Shown here: in pieces, positions 24,581-36,900 of the stretch
Layout of the letters: the number at the start of each line of letters is the position of its first letter
Position numbering within the stretch: position 1 is the first letter of the stretch
Assembly (NCBI GenBank): GCA_900088475.1
Contig: FLMG01001135.1
Location: 1 to 54,067, forward strand
Direction of reading: 5' to 3'
Origin: Hyphochytrium catenoides
Taxonomy: Eukaryota > Protista > Hyphochytriomycota
DNA: 54,067 bases
Notes under the pieces: model-generated
Database searches by the model: none
Seen by the model: the letters and a program-made list of their open reading frames with translations, nothing else
What the model was told of the DNA's origin: nothing
Made by a program: the position numbers and the translations under genes

Positions 24581-24935
24581 AAAGCTTCACATTCCGTCAC
24601 CTGCAGCCGAGCCAGACTAAGGCGTTAATACGGAGTACGATTAGATGCACTGTACCCCGTTACATAGTATTGAGCGGAATATGATCAGGGTGAAAAATGC
24701 CTCTCAAAAGTCTGAGAAGCGGCTGATGAAAATCCAACACGCATTTTTTCTTGGGGTCTATCGAGCATCCTCGCCCGCCCCGGCCCGCCCCGCCCGACAG
24801 CAGCAGCTAACAAGAGCGCAAAGGAGAAGATAAGCAGCAGCGTCGAAGATTGTCGGGGTCTGGGGTCTGGCGTTGATGACGGACCTCTCTTTATCTGTCC
24901 CCGCCTTGGTCCTTTTGACGCCTTCCTTTTTATAG

Positions 24936-27900
24936 AGGTTCCTCCATTTCGTTGAAGCTTCACTCAGAAGATATAGTCGCAGGCGGAGGGAGCTTGATAG
25001 AAGTCTCCTTCGGACGTCTTACCAACTAAAGTTCAGCCTAATCTCTCCCAGTAAATGGTAAGCTCCAGCATAAGTAACTGCGGTGGCATCGCTTGTGTCC
25101 ACTAGACCCAACCCTCACTCTATTCGCAACTCTATTCGCACTTGTTAGGTCCCCACTGGCAAAAACACCTGAGGGTGTGACGGTGGGAGTGCACCACCAC
25201 CAGCTGAAGATATTATCCTAAGGAACGCGCTTCCAAGGCGCTGGCGGACAGAGAGGAGAGCAGGTGGGCTAGGCTTGCCCCCATCTTGGGACGATGCATC
25301 GACCCCCTTCGCAGGTATGTTATGCTGGTATCCCTTCCTCGAACCGTGACCGATTCATTCGGCCGTTTAACATGTCATGGGCGCAGGGGCTTGACCAGCA
25401 GGCTCTCATGCTGGAACACATCGTAGCGGATGAGCAACACAGAATGCGGCACAAGCTGGGGATGATTGAGTCTTGGATCCCAAACGAGGCTAGTCTTAAC
25501 TGCTTTCTTCTCCGCCTTAGTAGTTACCAATCCGGATCTGTATCAATTGTTAGTCCTGCACTATCTGTGTACCGACCGTCTTACCCCTCTTTTGCTGGCC
25601 TCCTCTTAGGCTTCTCCTGCCAAGTGCAATATCTTTATGACTCGTGATTGGGCGACAAACTCCAAGCTTCTGCTGCTTGTGAACTGTGGCAAAGGCATCC
25701 CTCCAGGCATCTGGAGTCGTAGTCTGGTGTTGGAGTCCCAGGCGCAGGGTCAGACTTCGGGGGGCAGCAGGCCAGGATCAATGTAAGCAGCATAAAAGAG
25801 GAAAGCGATTGCCACCTCTGGGCTGCTGACACTTCCTTCTCTGTAATTTTCGTTTCCCGGTCTGTCGTTCTTTGTCTTGCTCTGCCTTGTACTCTCCTTC
25901 TCTTCTAGGTATGCATATATTGGAGCAGCGATCCAAAACAGGATGGCGTGCGTCGTGCTTAATCCCAACGTCAACACCTCCATTGTAGGCGACCAGAAGG
26001 TAATGATAACATCCACTCCTCAGGTTGTTCGTTACTTCCTCTTGTCCGCACAACTGGCTATCCCTTACCTACTCTCATTAACCCCCTCTCTCTCATCTCT
26101 CTTCTCAATGCCCCCAGATCCCAATACCTTTTTCGGGCACCCCCGAGCAGCATGTGAACTTTGTTTGGGAAGCCTATTTGACACAAGCATCAGCAAAGGA
26201 AATCTTCATCGTAGCCTACGGGAGAGGTGGAGCACTGGCAAAATACTTGCTTGAATCCCAGCCTGGGCTCAGACAAAGACTCTGTGCCATTGCTTTCGTC
26301 GAGTCGAGCCATAGAACTTCAGCCACAGACCTACCAGTAAGGAGTAGCGACGTCGGCCTCTCTCTCTCTCTCCCTTTTTGGTGCCTCTCCTTCGCCTTTC
26401 AAAGCTCAACATGTTCCTGGCGTCAGCCTTAGTGCGCTTGCTATTCAGTGACCGCTAAGTCAGAGGGCCTAATATCATACGCTACGAATGCTCGTCATGT
26501 GCTCTCAGGATATTCGACGGCTTTTAAGCACACGTGCCATCAACTGGAAACGCTCTACGGAGATGGCGGGCGTACAGCTGCATGACACAGACGCGTTAGG
26601 ATGCCTCAGCCTATCAGCAGGAGAACCTCCTGGCAACACGACTTCCAACACTGCCTGGACCATCGGCGCAAGCATGGAGACAGTGTTTGCGTTTTTCAGG
26701 ACAGCTTCAGGTACAATCCTTATCTATCTTGTCTCTTGCGGATGTGACGCGGAGTGCCTCCTTCTGCTCAAGGCTTCGATTGCTGCTGGCCGTACCTAGT
26801 TTCTTCTCATTATTGACAACTCTGAGATCAATCTTTCTTTCTTCCTCTGTTTCTCTCGCTGGCCCCCTAGCTTCGACAGGTCAACCATCCTCGGAACCTA
26901 AGCAACCGAGTGGTAGTCCGTCCGCTAGTCGACAGGGCCATGAGTCTCCGTCTAAGGACGACAGCATGGACATGCACATGGATGATAGTGACATGACAGA
27001 CTCCTACCCAGAGATCAGGTCGGTAGTCAGACGGGCGTGTAATCATCTCACTGGCCAAAAGACGATTTATAGCGCTATCTTTATCTTGATCCTATCCTCT
27101 TAATGGTCTAAACGGGGATAGAATATTGAGCAGAGAGTAGAGGGTGCTATAGGCTTGCAGGGTATTGTCAGCTCCTCTCGCTTAAAGAACCGCTCATAGT
27201 AGCCTCTCTTCCACAATTGCCATACTGTAAGCTCTGCCTGTCTCATCTTACGCAGGGTCTATGACCTGCGTCTCTGTGGCCTCTTACGGTTTCGATGCCT
27301 CCTCTGCGTTCTCTTCTTCCAAATCATTGTAGGGCAAGCAAGATGGGAAAGGATGTTTTTACCAAGACCTTAACAGTGAATGACTTTGAGTTTCTCTCCG
27401 TGGTGGGCAAGGGCGCATATGGAAAGGTTTTCCTTGTGAGAAAGAAGACAGGAAAGCACCAAGGCAGGGTCTTTGCGATGAAAGTCCTTAGAAAGGAATA
27501 CGTCTTCAAGAAAAAGCAGGTCCCCCTTAGTGCTAGCTACCTTCTCCTTGTTCCACATCCCACTGTTGTTCCCTTGTACAGCTATCACTGAGTTGCCCTT
27601 GCATGGTGCAACCTTCGCCTGACATCGCTTTCATTGCAGGTGGAGCACACCAAGTCCGAGCAGCGGATCCTGAAGTACGTGGACCATCCTTTCGTGGTGC
27701 GCCTTCGCTATGCCTTTCAGAATCCAGCCAAACTCTATCTGGTTATGGACTATTATAGCGGGTATGGTGTCCTTTGCTTTAGCTTTCTCTTACTTTGTCG
27801 GCCTTGGTTAGTCACTATTGATCACTACTTTTTTGAATGCTTCTGTTGCGTCTTGCAATGCTATCTGACCGAGCTACTAATCCCTTAACTACTTTCCCCT

Positions 27901-29793
27901 TCATGGGAAATGTATCTGTTTCATCTCCTGCTTACTTGCTGCCATCCACAGTGGCTCTCTCTTTTATCACCTGCGAAAAGAGAAGCGTTTTCCGGAAGAG
28001 AGAGCCCGGTTTTACGCTGCTGAGCTGGTCCTGGCTATCGCGCATCTACACAGCCTCCATATCATGTACCGAGACCTGAAGCTGGAAAATATTCTAATGG
28101 ACGAGTCGGGACACCTCGCCATCACGGATTTTGGGCTTTCCAAGGAGAATGATCAGGGCACCACGTTTGTCGGGACTCCAGAATGTAAGCAATAGCATCC
28201 CTTCCCACCACTTTCCTTCTATCGCAATCAAGCTGGACTTCCCTTTTAGAGATTGTCATCTATGTCTTGCCTTTGCTTTTCTTTTTCTTTTGGAAGATGG
28301 CGACTCAATGTCGTCTCTGCATGTTCCGAAACAATTAGGGCAGAGCTTTGGCTATGACATCCTCTTTGTCAAGTTGTGTTTGGCCTCTGGCGTTGCTTTT
28401 TTCTCCTTTCCTATCTAACGAAATGGTATTTGGTAGCCGTCGCCTGGCATCTATATATTACCTCTCTGGATGATCGGACGTATCTATTTTGCCATCCAGG
28501 CGCTGACAACTGACCTCGGTAGCCGCTTCCTAACACTCCTCTACTCCTCTTTCTTTATGTATCGTTATTGGACTCTTTCTCTCATAGACCTTGCCCCAGA
28601 GCTCCTTTCGAGCCAGTTGACGCCCACACCTAGCACCTATGGCAAGAGCGTGGACTGGTGGAGTTATGGCGTTCTGGTTTACGAAATGATTGCCGGACGG
28701 ACGCCTTTCTTTAATGCGAACAGGAAGACAATGTTCCAGTCCATTTTGCAGGGAGATGTCCAGTTCCAACCTGAGCTATTCTCACCAGTTGCCCAAGACT
28801 TTGTTAGAGGTAAGAATGTTGATATGATAATCTTGCTTCCAAGCTCTGCGATCTCCGTTTTTCTTACGGAGATGGCTAGATAGAGCTAGTTTAGGAGTCA
28901 GTGTTGAAAAACTTTTAGTGGTCTCTATCTAGTTAAGGGCTGTTGCTCTTCTCCAGCACCTTTTCCTCTTCGATTGGACTCTTTCTTATCCCGGCTTCCC
29001 TTTCCGACTGTTGCTGACTCCGCACTGGCTAGCCCTTTTGGTTAAGGATCCGAACCGCCGGTTAGGGTGTGGTCAGGACGGACCGCGTGAGATTATGGCC
29101 CACCCATGGTTCATTGGAATCGTCTGGCCGAATCTCATGAGAAAGGAAGTCACACCACCTTACTTACCGCCAGTCACTAATAGTGCAGATACAAGGTGAC
29201 TTGATCTCAGCTGATGCTCCTTGCCTTACCTGGACCACGCCAATCGGGCGCGTTATGTTCGTCAAACGTACACTATTGGCGTTCGGAATCCTAACTCCGT
29301 TTGTTATATTGACTGGCTTTGGCGCCTCTATCTCACTCTCTTACTCACTGGCCTCTACTGCCGGGCACCGTAAGCTCAAGTTCCTCTAACCTCTACACCT
29401 TCAGTTTCGTCCCCACAGTCTTTAAAAAACAGGAGGTGGCCGACTCGCCTGTTCAGAGCAGCCTACAAGGCAGAAACACTGCCTGGCACTTTGAAGACTT
29501 CTCCTACATGGGGTCAGAGGCCACAAGAGCAGGAGGCTCCTTCTTCAGCAGGCCCAGCGAGGCCTTTGCCAAGTCTATGGATATGAGCACCTCTATGGGT
29601 AATGATCGCCTGTGTTCATTCATACACTCCCTGTCCGCTCCACTTTGATCGTCGCCCTTCACCTGGTGGGATGGTGTTCACGAGATATTGCACGCTTTAC
29701 CTCTGCATTAAGTACAGAAGATTCAATATGTCCCTGTATTTCCTTTTTGTTGCTGCGCTGACGTCCGCTTTCTCCGATGATGTAGATCGATGA
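24936..29793 (+). CDS. Arb2 (FAM172A/ARB2A-like) domain fused to an AGC Ser/Thr kinase (AKT/S6K/SGK-like); 5' end not resolved
   Basis: Arb2 part: CNIFMTRDW...LLLLVNCGKGIPPGIWSRSL...GSM|YAYI...VVLNPN...TPEQHVNFVW...IVAYGRGG...AIAFVESSH...AINW. Kinase part: GKGAYGKV, FAMKVL, YRDLKLEN, DFG, GTPEYLAPE, DWWSYG, RRLG, PPYLP, turn motif DSP, hydrophobic motif FEDFSY. Linker exons are phase-compatible; last exon DR* ends at 29793. Confidence 0.88.
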
Positions 29794-30782
29794 GTGGCAA
29801 GATAGCGGCCCTGGACACAAGTCTATCTAATTGGGCTTTCAGGGCAAAGTTTTTACACTCAAAGGAAGTAGTACCAGCAAAGTTCTCTGCCAAGGCTAAG
29901 TTAATGTTATTTACTATCACATGGCCGACAAAGCGCTTTGAGCAAGGGCAGGGGTAGTAGGACTGGAAGTCAGCGAACGAGGAGGGAAGTCCTTCCAACT
30001 TTCTGCACTTTCTTTCTATAGTATAGTGCTATTTGCTACGTTGGCTCTTGTCCTCCGTGCCAATGGCAAGTTTGATAGTCTTCCCTCTTCCCGTTGACAA
30101 GCTCCCAGACCGTCCAAGGCTCTAGAGTATCTCTCTGGACCGTGACTAGTCGTTACCGGCTGCGGTCCTAGCCTTGGACGTTTTCCTTGTGATGTGGGAC
30201 TCGGGCCCCACCAACCCAATGTCTCCTGCGCCCACCCATCCTCACAACGGTAAGTTAACCGTTGGGTGCGGAGACAGAGCTGCTTGTAGATATCGTTGAC
30301 AATAGTCATTATGTTATGAATGAAGAGACAGAGGAGGAAGAGGTAATGCTTCATTTTTCCAGTTCTTTACAGATCTTTAGGCCAACCATGTGCCAAGACA
30401 GATATCTCACTAGATATGATGTGAGAGTGATAGAGTATATATAATTAATTAAACAGCTCCCCAGAGAAAGATGCAGACAGAGTGAGGAAGAGCTCCTACC
30501 AGACAAGAAGTGGCTGAATGCGGGCTGAGCCCATTTTATTTCTGGAGAAAAGCCAATACTAATCCGTAATCCAGACGCCAAGCTGCATAACAGAGATTAT
30601 TGGGCACTGTGAGGTGCCTACAAGTTCTAGGTAGGCGGTGGACACACTACTGAAGAAGCACATTGTGATTCAGAGCCTTCTTCCTAGCTCTGTCTATCAG
30701 TATCTTTTTCCTACTGTGAGTTTCCTCAGTGTCGTTGCAATCTGCCACTGCTCACACGGCGAAAGAGGGTTGGCAAGGAAGT

Positions 30783-32929
30783 ATGCAGGTCCTCGCGCTC
30801 TTCTCTTCCTGTCTCCTGGCGGGATGGGCGCTTCCTGTCGCGCACGCTGCTTTCTATCTACCAGGGGTCTCACCAAAGTCATTTGCAGTGGGCGAAGAAG
30901 TTCCTCTAGACGCTAACAAATTGACTTCGGTTAGAACCCAGCTCCCGTATGATTACTTTGACCTTCCCTTCTGTAACTCTATGGGAGAAGAGAGAGAAGA
31001 AAATCTTGGAGAAATTCTCTCAGGTTAGCGACGACACCGGCATTTGGTGCTGTGAAGAGTTTCATTGGCTGTATAAAAGCGTGCGCTCTTCGCATCCTTG
31101 GTCTTCGAGCGCGTTCCTTTGTGAAGAAATCGTATACGGACTCTTTTGGGACAAAAGTCTCTTATTGTTAGCCGTTTCTTACTTGACTTCTATTTGGCAC
31201 CATCATGCAGGTGATATTCTCAGGGAGTCTGGATATAAGCTGAAGATGCTGGAGCCGACCCGCTGTGAGGTTATCTGCCACCGGAAGTACTCCGGCGAAG
31301 AGGTGAAGAAGTTTGCAGAGATGATTGAGGAAGAATATAAAGTTCATTGGGTCGTAGACAACCTTCCAGTCGCGTACTATATGCACAGAGACGACGAACA
31401 GGGGCACCAGCTTTCTAGAGGATTTCCTCTTGGCTACATGGCCAAGGATCGTCATTATCTGAACAATCACGTTCGGATCATTATCCGCGTGTATCCAGGA
31501 CTGAACAAAGAGACAGGTGTGAAGGAGTTCGATGGCTATCGTATCGTCGGCTTTGAAGTAGAACCCAAGTCTGTGAGACACAAGCTGCACGAGGGCAAGA
31601 CGCTTGGCGATAAAATTGAAGGAGTGAAGGACCTGCGGACTTGCAATCTTCACTCTGGCGATTCGGTGAGTATCAGAGACACGACATATGCTTATTCTTG
31701 TTTCTGCTGATGCTGCTAGGAGTCTCTTTCGTGTTTTCTTATCTTCTCGCTGGTCTAGATGAAGTAGCCATCGTCTGTCTCATAGCTGTCATAAGCCCAT
31801 CCTCCCGCTAACATCACATCCTTCTCCTGTCAATGTTGTCCTTACTCTCAGAGTGCTAGTGGCGATCCCCAGCCCGTTGATGCGCCGGACACTGTGATCT
31901 TCTCCTACGACGTGGAATGGAAAGAAGATCTGTCCACCACCTGGGCTAATAGATGGGATCCGTACCTCTCTTCTTCAGATCCCAGTGACCAGATTCATTG
32001 GTTCTCGATTATCAACTCCTCTATGATTGTCCTCTTCCTTACCGGGATGATTGCACTGATCATGCTTAGGACCTTGCACAGAGACATTTCGAAATACAAT
32101 GAGCTTTCACAGGACGAGGCACAGGAAGAAACGGGATGGAAGTTGGTTCACGGAGATGTCTTCCGCCCTCCGCAGTTCTCTCCGATGCTGTTTTCAGTCT
32201 TTGTTGGCACTGGAGCCCAGGTGTGCGCGATGACAGCGTCAACTATGCTATTCGCTCTCTTGGGCTTCCTCTCGCCTGCCAACCGCGGAGGACTTCTCAC
32301 GGCCTTCCTTCTGCTGTTTGTCTTCATGGGCAGCCTTGCCGGGTACTACTCTGCTCGGATCTATAAGATGTTCCACGGCAAAGAGTGGAAGAGGAACACG
32401 ATGTTAACGGCTACTCTCTATCCTGGCGTTATCTTTGGACTCTTCTTCGTCCTAAATCTCTTTGTATGGGGCAAGGGATCTTNNNNNNNNNNNNNNNNNN
32501 NNNNNNNNNNNNNTAGGCGGCATTCTTCCTTTTGGTGCTGTCTTCATTGAACTGTTCTTCATCATGTCCTCGCTCTGGCTGCACCAGATTTACTACGTGT
32601 TTGGCTTTCTTACACTGGTGCTGATCATCCTGCTTGCCACCTGTGCGGAGGTGACCATCGTAATGTGTTACTTCCAGCTCTGCGCTGAAGATTATCGCTG
32701 GTGGTGGAGATCTTTCCTCACCTCCGGGTCTGCGGCTTTCTACCTCTATCTCTACTCGTTCATGTACTTCTTTAGCAGGCTCAACATCACTGGCTTTGTC
32801 TCTGCTCTCCTGTACTATGGGTACATGGCCATGATTGCCATTACATTCTTCTTCTTCACTGGAACGGTGGGCTTTGCAGCTTGCTTCTGGTTCACAAGGA
32901 AGATCTACAGTTCTATCAAGATTGACTAG
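30783..32929 (+). CDS. TM9SF: Transmembrane 9 superfamily protein (TM9SF2/4, EMP70-like)
   Basis: Signal peptide then FYLPGV, NKLTS..TQLPYDY, ENLGEIL, VDNLP, IHWFSIINS, EETGWKLVHGDVFRP, GGILPFGAVFIEL, EDYRWWW, and C-terminal IYSSIKID*. Confidence 0.95.
32483..32513. other. Assembly gap (31 N) inside the TM9SF coding sequence
   Basis: Run of 31 n; reading frame differs on either side. Confidence 1.
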
Positions 32930-33907
32930 AGACTGACCTCCATAGTTCTTTCTTCCACCTTCGAGCCTTCACTCATCTCTCATTTCTCTTCTTTTGGGCA
33001 ACTGCGTCACTCACCCTGACATTCCAAGACATGCCTGACAGCTACTATTGCTTGGAGAGGCTGCGGGCAGAGGGTAGAATAGGAGTTACTCTCTATCATT
33101 AATAAATATATAGGCTTAGCAAGCTGAGAACGGATTGTCCTCCCTCCTCATAGTCCAAGAGCAGTGAGAAAGGAAGCTCAGCCAGCATCTTTGCCCCGGA
33201 GTGCCGTTTAACAGGCAAAATGGCACAAAGCGCCGAAGCCAGAACGGCCTTTCTCCAGTATCTGACGCTTTATTAGTTCCCAAAGGAGTATAGACGTCCG
33301 AGGTGGCAGCCTTTATAAACGGTAAGGCGGTACATGGCTCACAAACTTTGTCTGGTGTTACCTGAGATAGTCGGAATTAGGAATCTGGTCCTGGGGGAGG
33401 GCTGAGTGGCTTTAATCAAGATCAGAATCTGCGGACTTCAAAGAGCCTGTTGACAGGTGGAAGATGCTAATCTTCATGACACTCTTCTCCCTGTCTCTCT
33501 TGCTTCTCTCTCTCTCTCTCTCTCTCTCTCGCTCTCGCTCTCGCTCTCAGGCTCCTCGTCTTCGTGCCATTATTCATCCTTCCTTTCAACCCCTGGTATG
33601 TGCGACTACAGGGGCTATCGGCAGACAATTGCGGCTGCGACCAGTAAGACAGAAGGAAGTTGAGCATCAGTGCGGGCTATCAACAATCGAGCAGGGTCTT
33701 CGTAGGGTCAGGGCTCAACAGGCTTGAACATCAAGGCGGCGACAGATAAGAAACGGTGGTCGTGGCCTCTCAGCCGAGCTCTCTTCCTTGTCTCCTTCAC
33801 AGTGCGGCTAGAGCACAAGGCGTCGTTTTTCGTTAAAGAGAGAGAAGGGTTGGAACATAGATTGAGGAGAGACTTAGAGCAGGTCACGAAAGGGCTTAGA
33901 GGGCCTA

Positions 33908-36900
33908 ATGGCCTCCCCCGACCGAGAGAGCCGCGGACTCCGATCCAAAGGAGGCGGCGGAGGGGCAACGGTAGAGGTTCCGGCGTCTAGCGCCTCGTTT
34001 AGGCAGCAATCTTCTCTCCTCAAGAGTTTGGAGAAAAATTCTTCGCCAGCACACACGCCTGATAGGAAAGAACGCAAGGCGTCGTCTTCATCTCTTGCTC
34101 CCTCTTCTCCCTCCGATGGCACTCCGCGGGAACTCCGCGGACAAGAAAAAGGAGTAGAAAGGAGGCCCCAACCAAGGAGAGACGCGCCAATCTCTCCTCC
34201 AGAAGCCTCTCCGAGACGAGGGAGAGGCAGACTTAGCGGTGGAGATGGTGACAGAGGCGCCGGGGCCGCCAGGATGCTGAGGAGAAGTCTCCAAGACTCT
34301 GTAAGGGAGGCGGAAGGGGTTGAAGGCAGAAGGTCCAGCCTTTCCGGTGGGGATAGGAACGCGAGCCAGAAGTCCAAAGAGAGACAAAGAGACGGAGAGG
34401 AGAGACTCGGTGAGACAAGGTGGGGCGACAAAGGAGTGGGCAGAAGAGGAAGCGGGAGAGCAGACGCTGGAGGAGAATGGAGACGAGCAAGTTTCAGAGA
34501 AGGAGGGACGCCTAGAGGGGATAGATGGGCCAGAAGGGACACTCCTCATCGTCCCTCTCGCTCCGAACGCCAACAGGACAGCGGGGAGGACCGTCTCTCC
34601 CGCTCCTCCTCTAAGTTGTCCTTCGCTGAAGAGGAAGAAGAAATTGATCTTGAGCAGGTGAAGAACTTGAAGGTGACAGTCACTGCCATGGGTGACCACG
34701 TGGTCTTTGAGAGCAAAGGAGGGATGGAAATGCTGGAAGACAGGAACCCGCCCCCACTTTCCCCGGCGCGGGCTTCCCCTTCTTCTCTATCAAGGGCTCG
34801 TAACCCTAACGCATCCGACTTACAGATATCTCCTCGGAGAGCTCAGACTACCTCCTCTTCCTCTCTCTCTAGCTCCCTAGCTGGCTCTTCTTCGTTAAGG
34901 TCTTCCCTAGCTGGATCTCCGTCTAGAGTTCCGGCCAGTAAAAGGAAGCCGGAGGAGGACAAGGCCCAGGAGCAGGCTCAACGGAAGAATACTGTGGCAA
35001 AGAAGGAAGAAGAGTTGAACCGAAAGAGTCAAGCTCCCGCTCAACGTAGGGAGAGCTTGCCATGGAGAAAGGACCGAGACATGACGAGCGACTTAGCCAG
35101 CCGAGGACTACTAGGCAGTGGGGAGAGTGTTAAGAGAAAGCCCATTGCATCCGAAGGCAGAGAAGAAAGAGAGAAAATTGCATCGCAGAGAGAAAGAAGA
35201 GACATAAAAAGCCACAATCCCTCTTCCGTTCAGGGTTCTGTCACATCCGATGGCTTCCCTCTCCGGGGCCCAGGAGGGGAACCTCCATTTAGGCAGCCAA
35301 CATCAAAGGATATAAGAGAAAGCCGAAGACAAGATCAAGACAGACAAGACAGACACACAGAAGATCCACGTAGCTTGAGCTCTTCCTCCCTAGCTCAGAG
35401 GAATAGTCTGGCTGGCCCGCCAGAAGCCGGCCAAAACAGTAGATGGAGCTCACTCTCCACAGGAGGTCCTTCCGAGGAAGGCAGCCGACACAACGGAAGA
35501 AGTGGTGACACAGGCGGGTGGAGATCTTCGCTACTTAGTGGAGTTGAAAAGGGCGAGTTGGCTAAAGGAGGATCTGGCAGCTGGAGGTCGTCGTCAACGT
35601 CGGAAGAAAAGAAAGAGAGGCTCTCTTCCGCCCAAGTCGAGAAGGAGAAAGAAGAAGCAAACCTCAAAAGGACTCTTGACTATTATGAGAAGCTTAAGAG
35701 GGAACAAGAAGAGAATAACAAGAAACAGCAAGAAGAGGCAAAACCCTTCGTCTCTTCCATACAAAGATCTATCAGAACAGAGCAACCTGGTCTGCTGTCT
35801 CAGACTTCTTCCGTATCCGCGGCCCGAGGGTGGGACAAGGAAGGAGATTATGGCCGCGAGCCTAAGGCCGGAGATTCCTCGTTGCGTAGGGCTAGCTTTC
35901 CTTCTTCTTTTCCTTCGAAAGGTGAGCCGGTCAGCTGGAGGGCTCAGAAAGGACCTTCGGATGCCCTACCACTTCCTCCTCCTGGCCCACCAGGAACCAA
36001 CACTTCTTCGATTCTTCCTACTCCTTTACCTCTTCCGAACCCTCCTCCCTTGCGATCAACGGCCTCTCTTAGGCGGCAGGAGAGCTCTTCCTCTAGTTCC
36101 TCGCTGTCTTCGTCGACTCCTATTGGGCAAGGTAAACTCTCCTCCTTTGGAACTTCTCCAGCTCCACACCGTTCTTCTTTCACCTCAAGTTTGCAAGCAA
36201 AGATGGAGAGAGAAAGGGAGTCTGCGCTACAGAGATCCAGCTCCACTCCTTCTGAGCCAAAGATCACTTACACAGTGCAAGAAATACGAAAGTAAGGCTT
36301 CCACCTTCTTCACCTTCTCCTCTACCGCGTCTTTGCTAACTGCTAGATTTCCTAGTACCTCAACGCTGGGCGTCTTACTTCGATACTATTGGCCAGCGCC
36401 ATGTTCTTCTCCCCATTACTTCCCATCCGTACTGAAATTGCCAATGCAACGGTCAATCCTTGCCTGCTGTCCTCGTCATTTAGCTGCTCATTAGAGCCTT
36501 GCCTGATGGATGACCTCGAAAGAAAGCACACTCTATATTTCAGAGCCATCTAATGTGCTTTTGGCTCTACTCGGTGTGCCTTCTCCGTATCGTCTCACCA
36601 TACATCCATGTCGTTCATGCCCCTTCTACGTCTCCCCGCAGTTTGAGGACCACCCGTGCTCCGCGTCCCAACGATCTTATGGACATGACCGTCGTCGCTG
36701 ATCAGGAATATGAAGAGCTCAAGACCTCACAGCGGTAAGCAGATGAACTAGAAGCTGGGGTTCACTCTTTGTTTCACTTTTCCAGGACAAGGATGTCCTC
36801 CTCATGCCCGGCAAATCATATGTCGGTGGACGTCGAAGCGTTTCCGCTTCGCTATGCAGTCTTAGAACGTTCCGTATTCTTTAGACATGGGCTAGAGTAC

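Noticed and set aside
24774-24796. GC-box-like cccgcccc clusters (also 48541-48557)
   Set aside because: Plausible promoter elements near gene 5' ends, but no TSS data and too short to call
29915-30600. Possible small minus-strand multi-exon gene between the kinase and TM9SF
   Set aside because: Splice-like signals exist but no consistent phase path or domain could be established
33874-36494. Long overlapping ORFs (222, 203 and 330 aa) over the eIF4G first exon
   Set aside because: Alternate-frame or antisense shadows of low-complexity coding DNA
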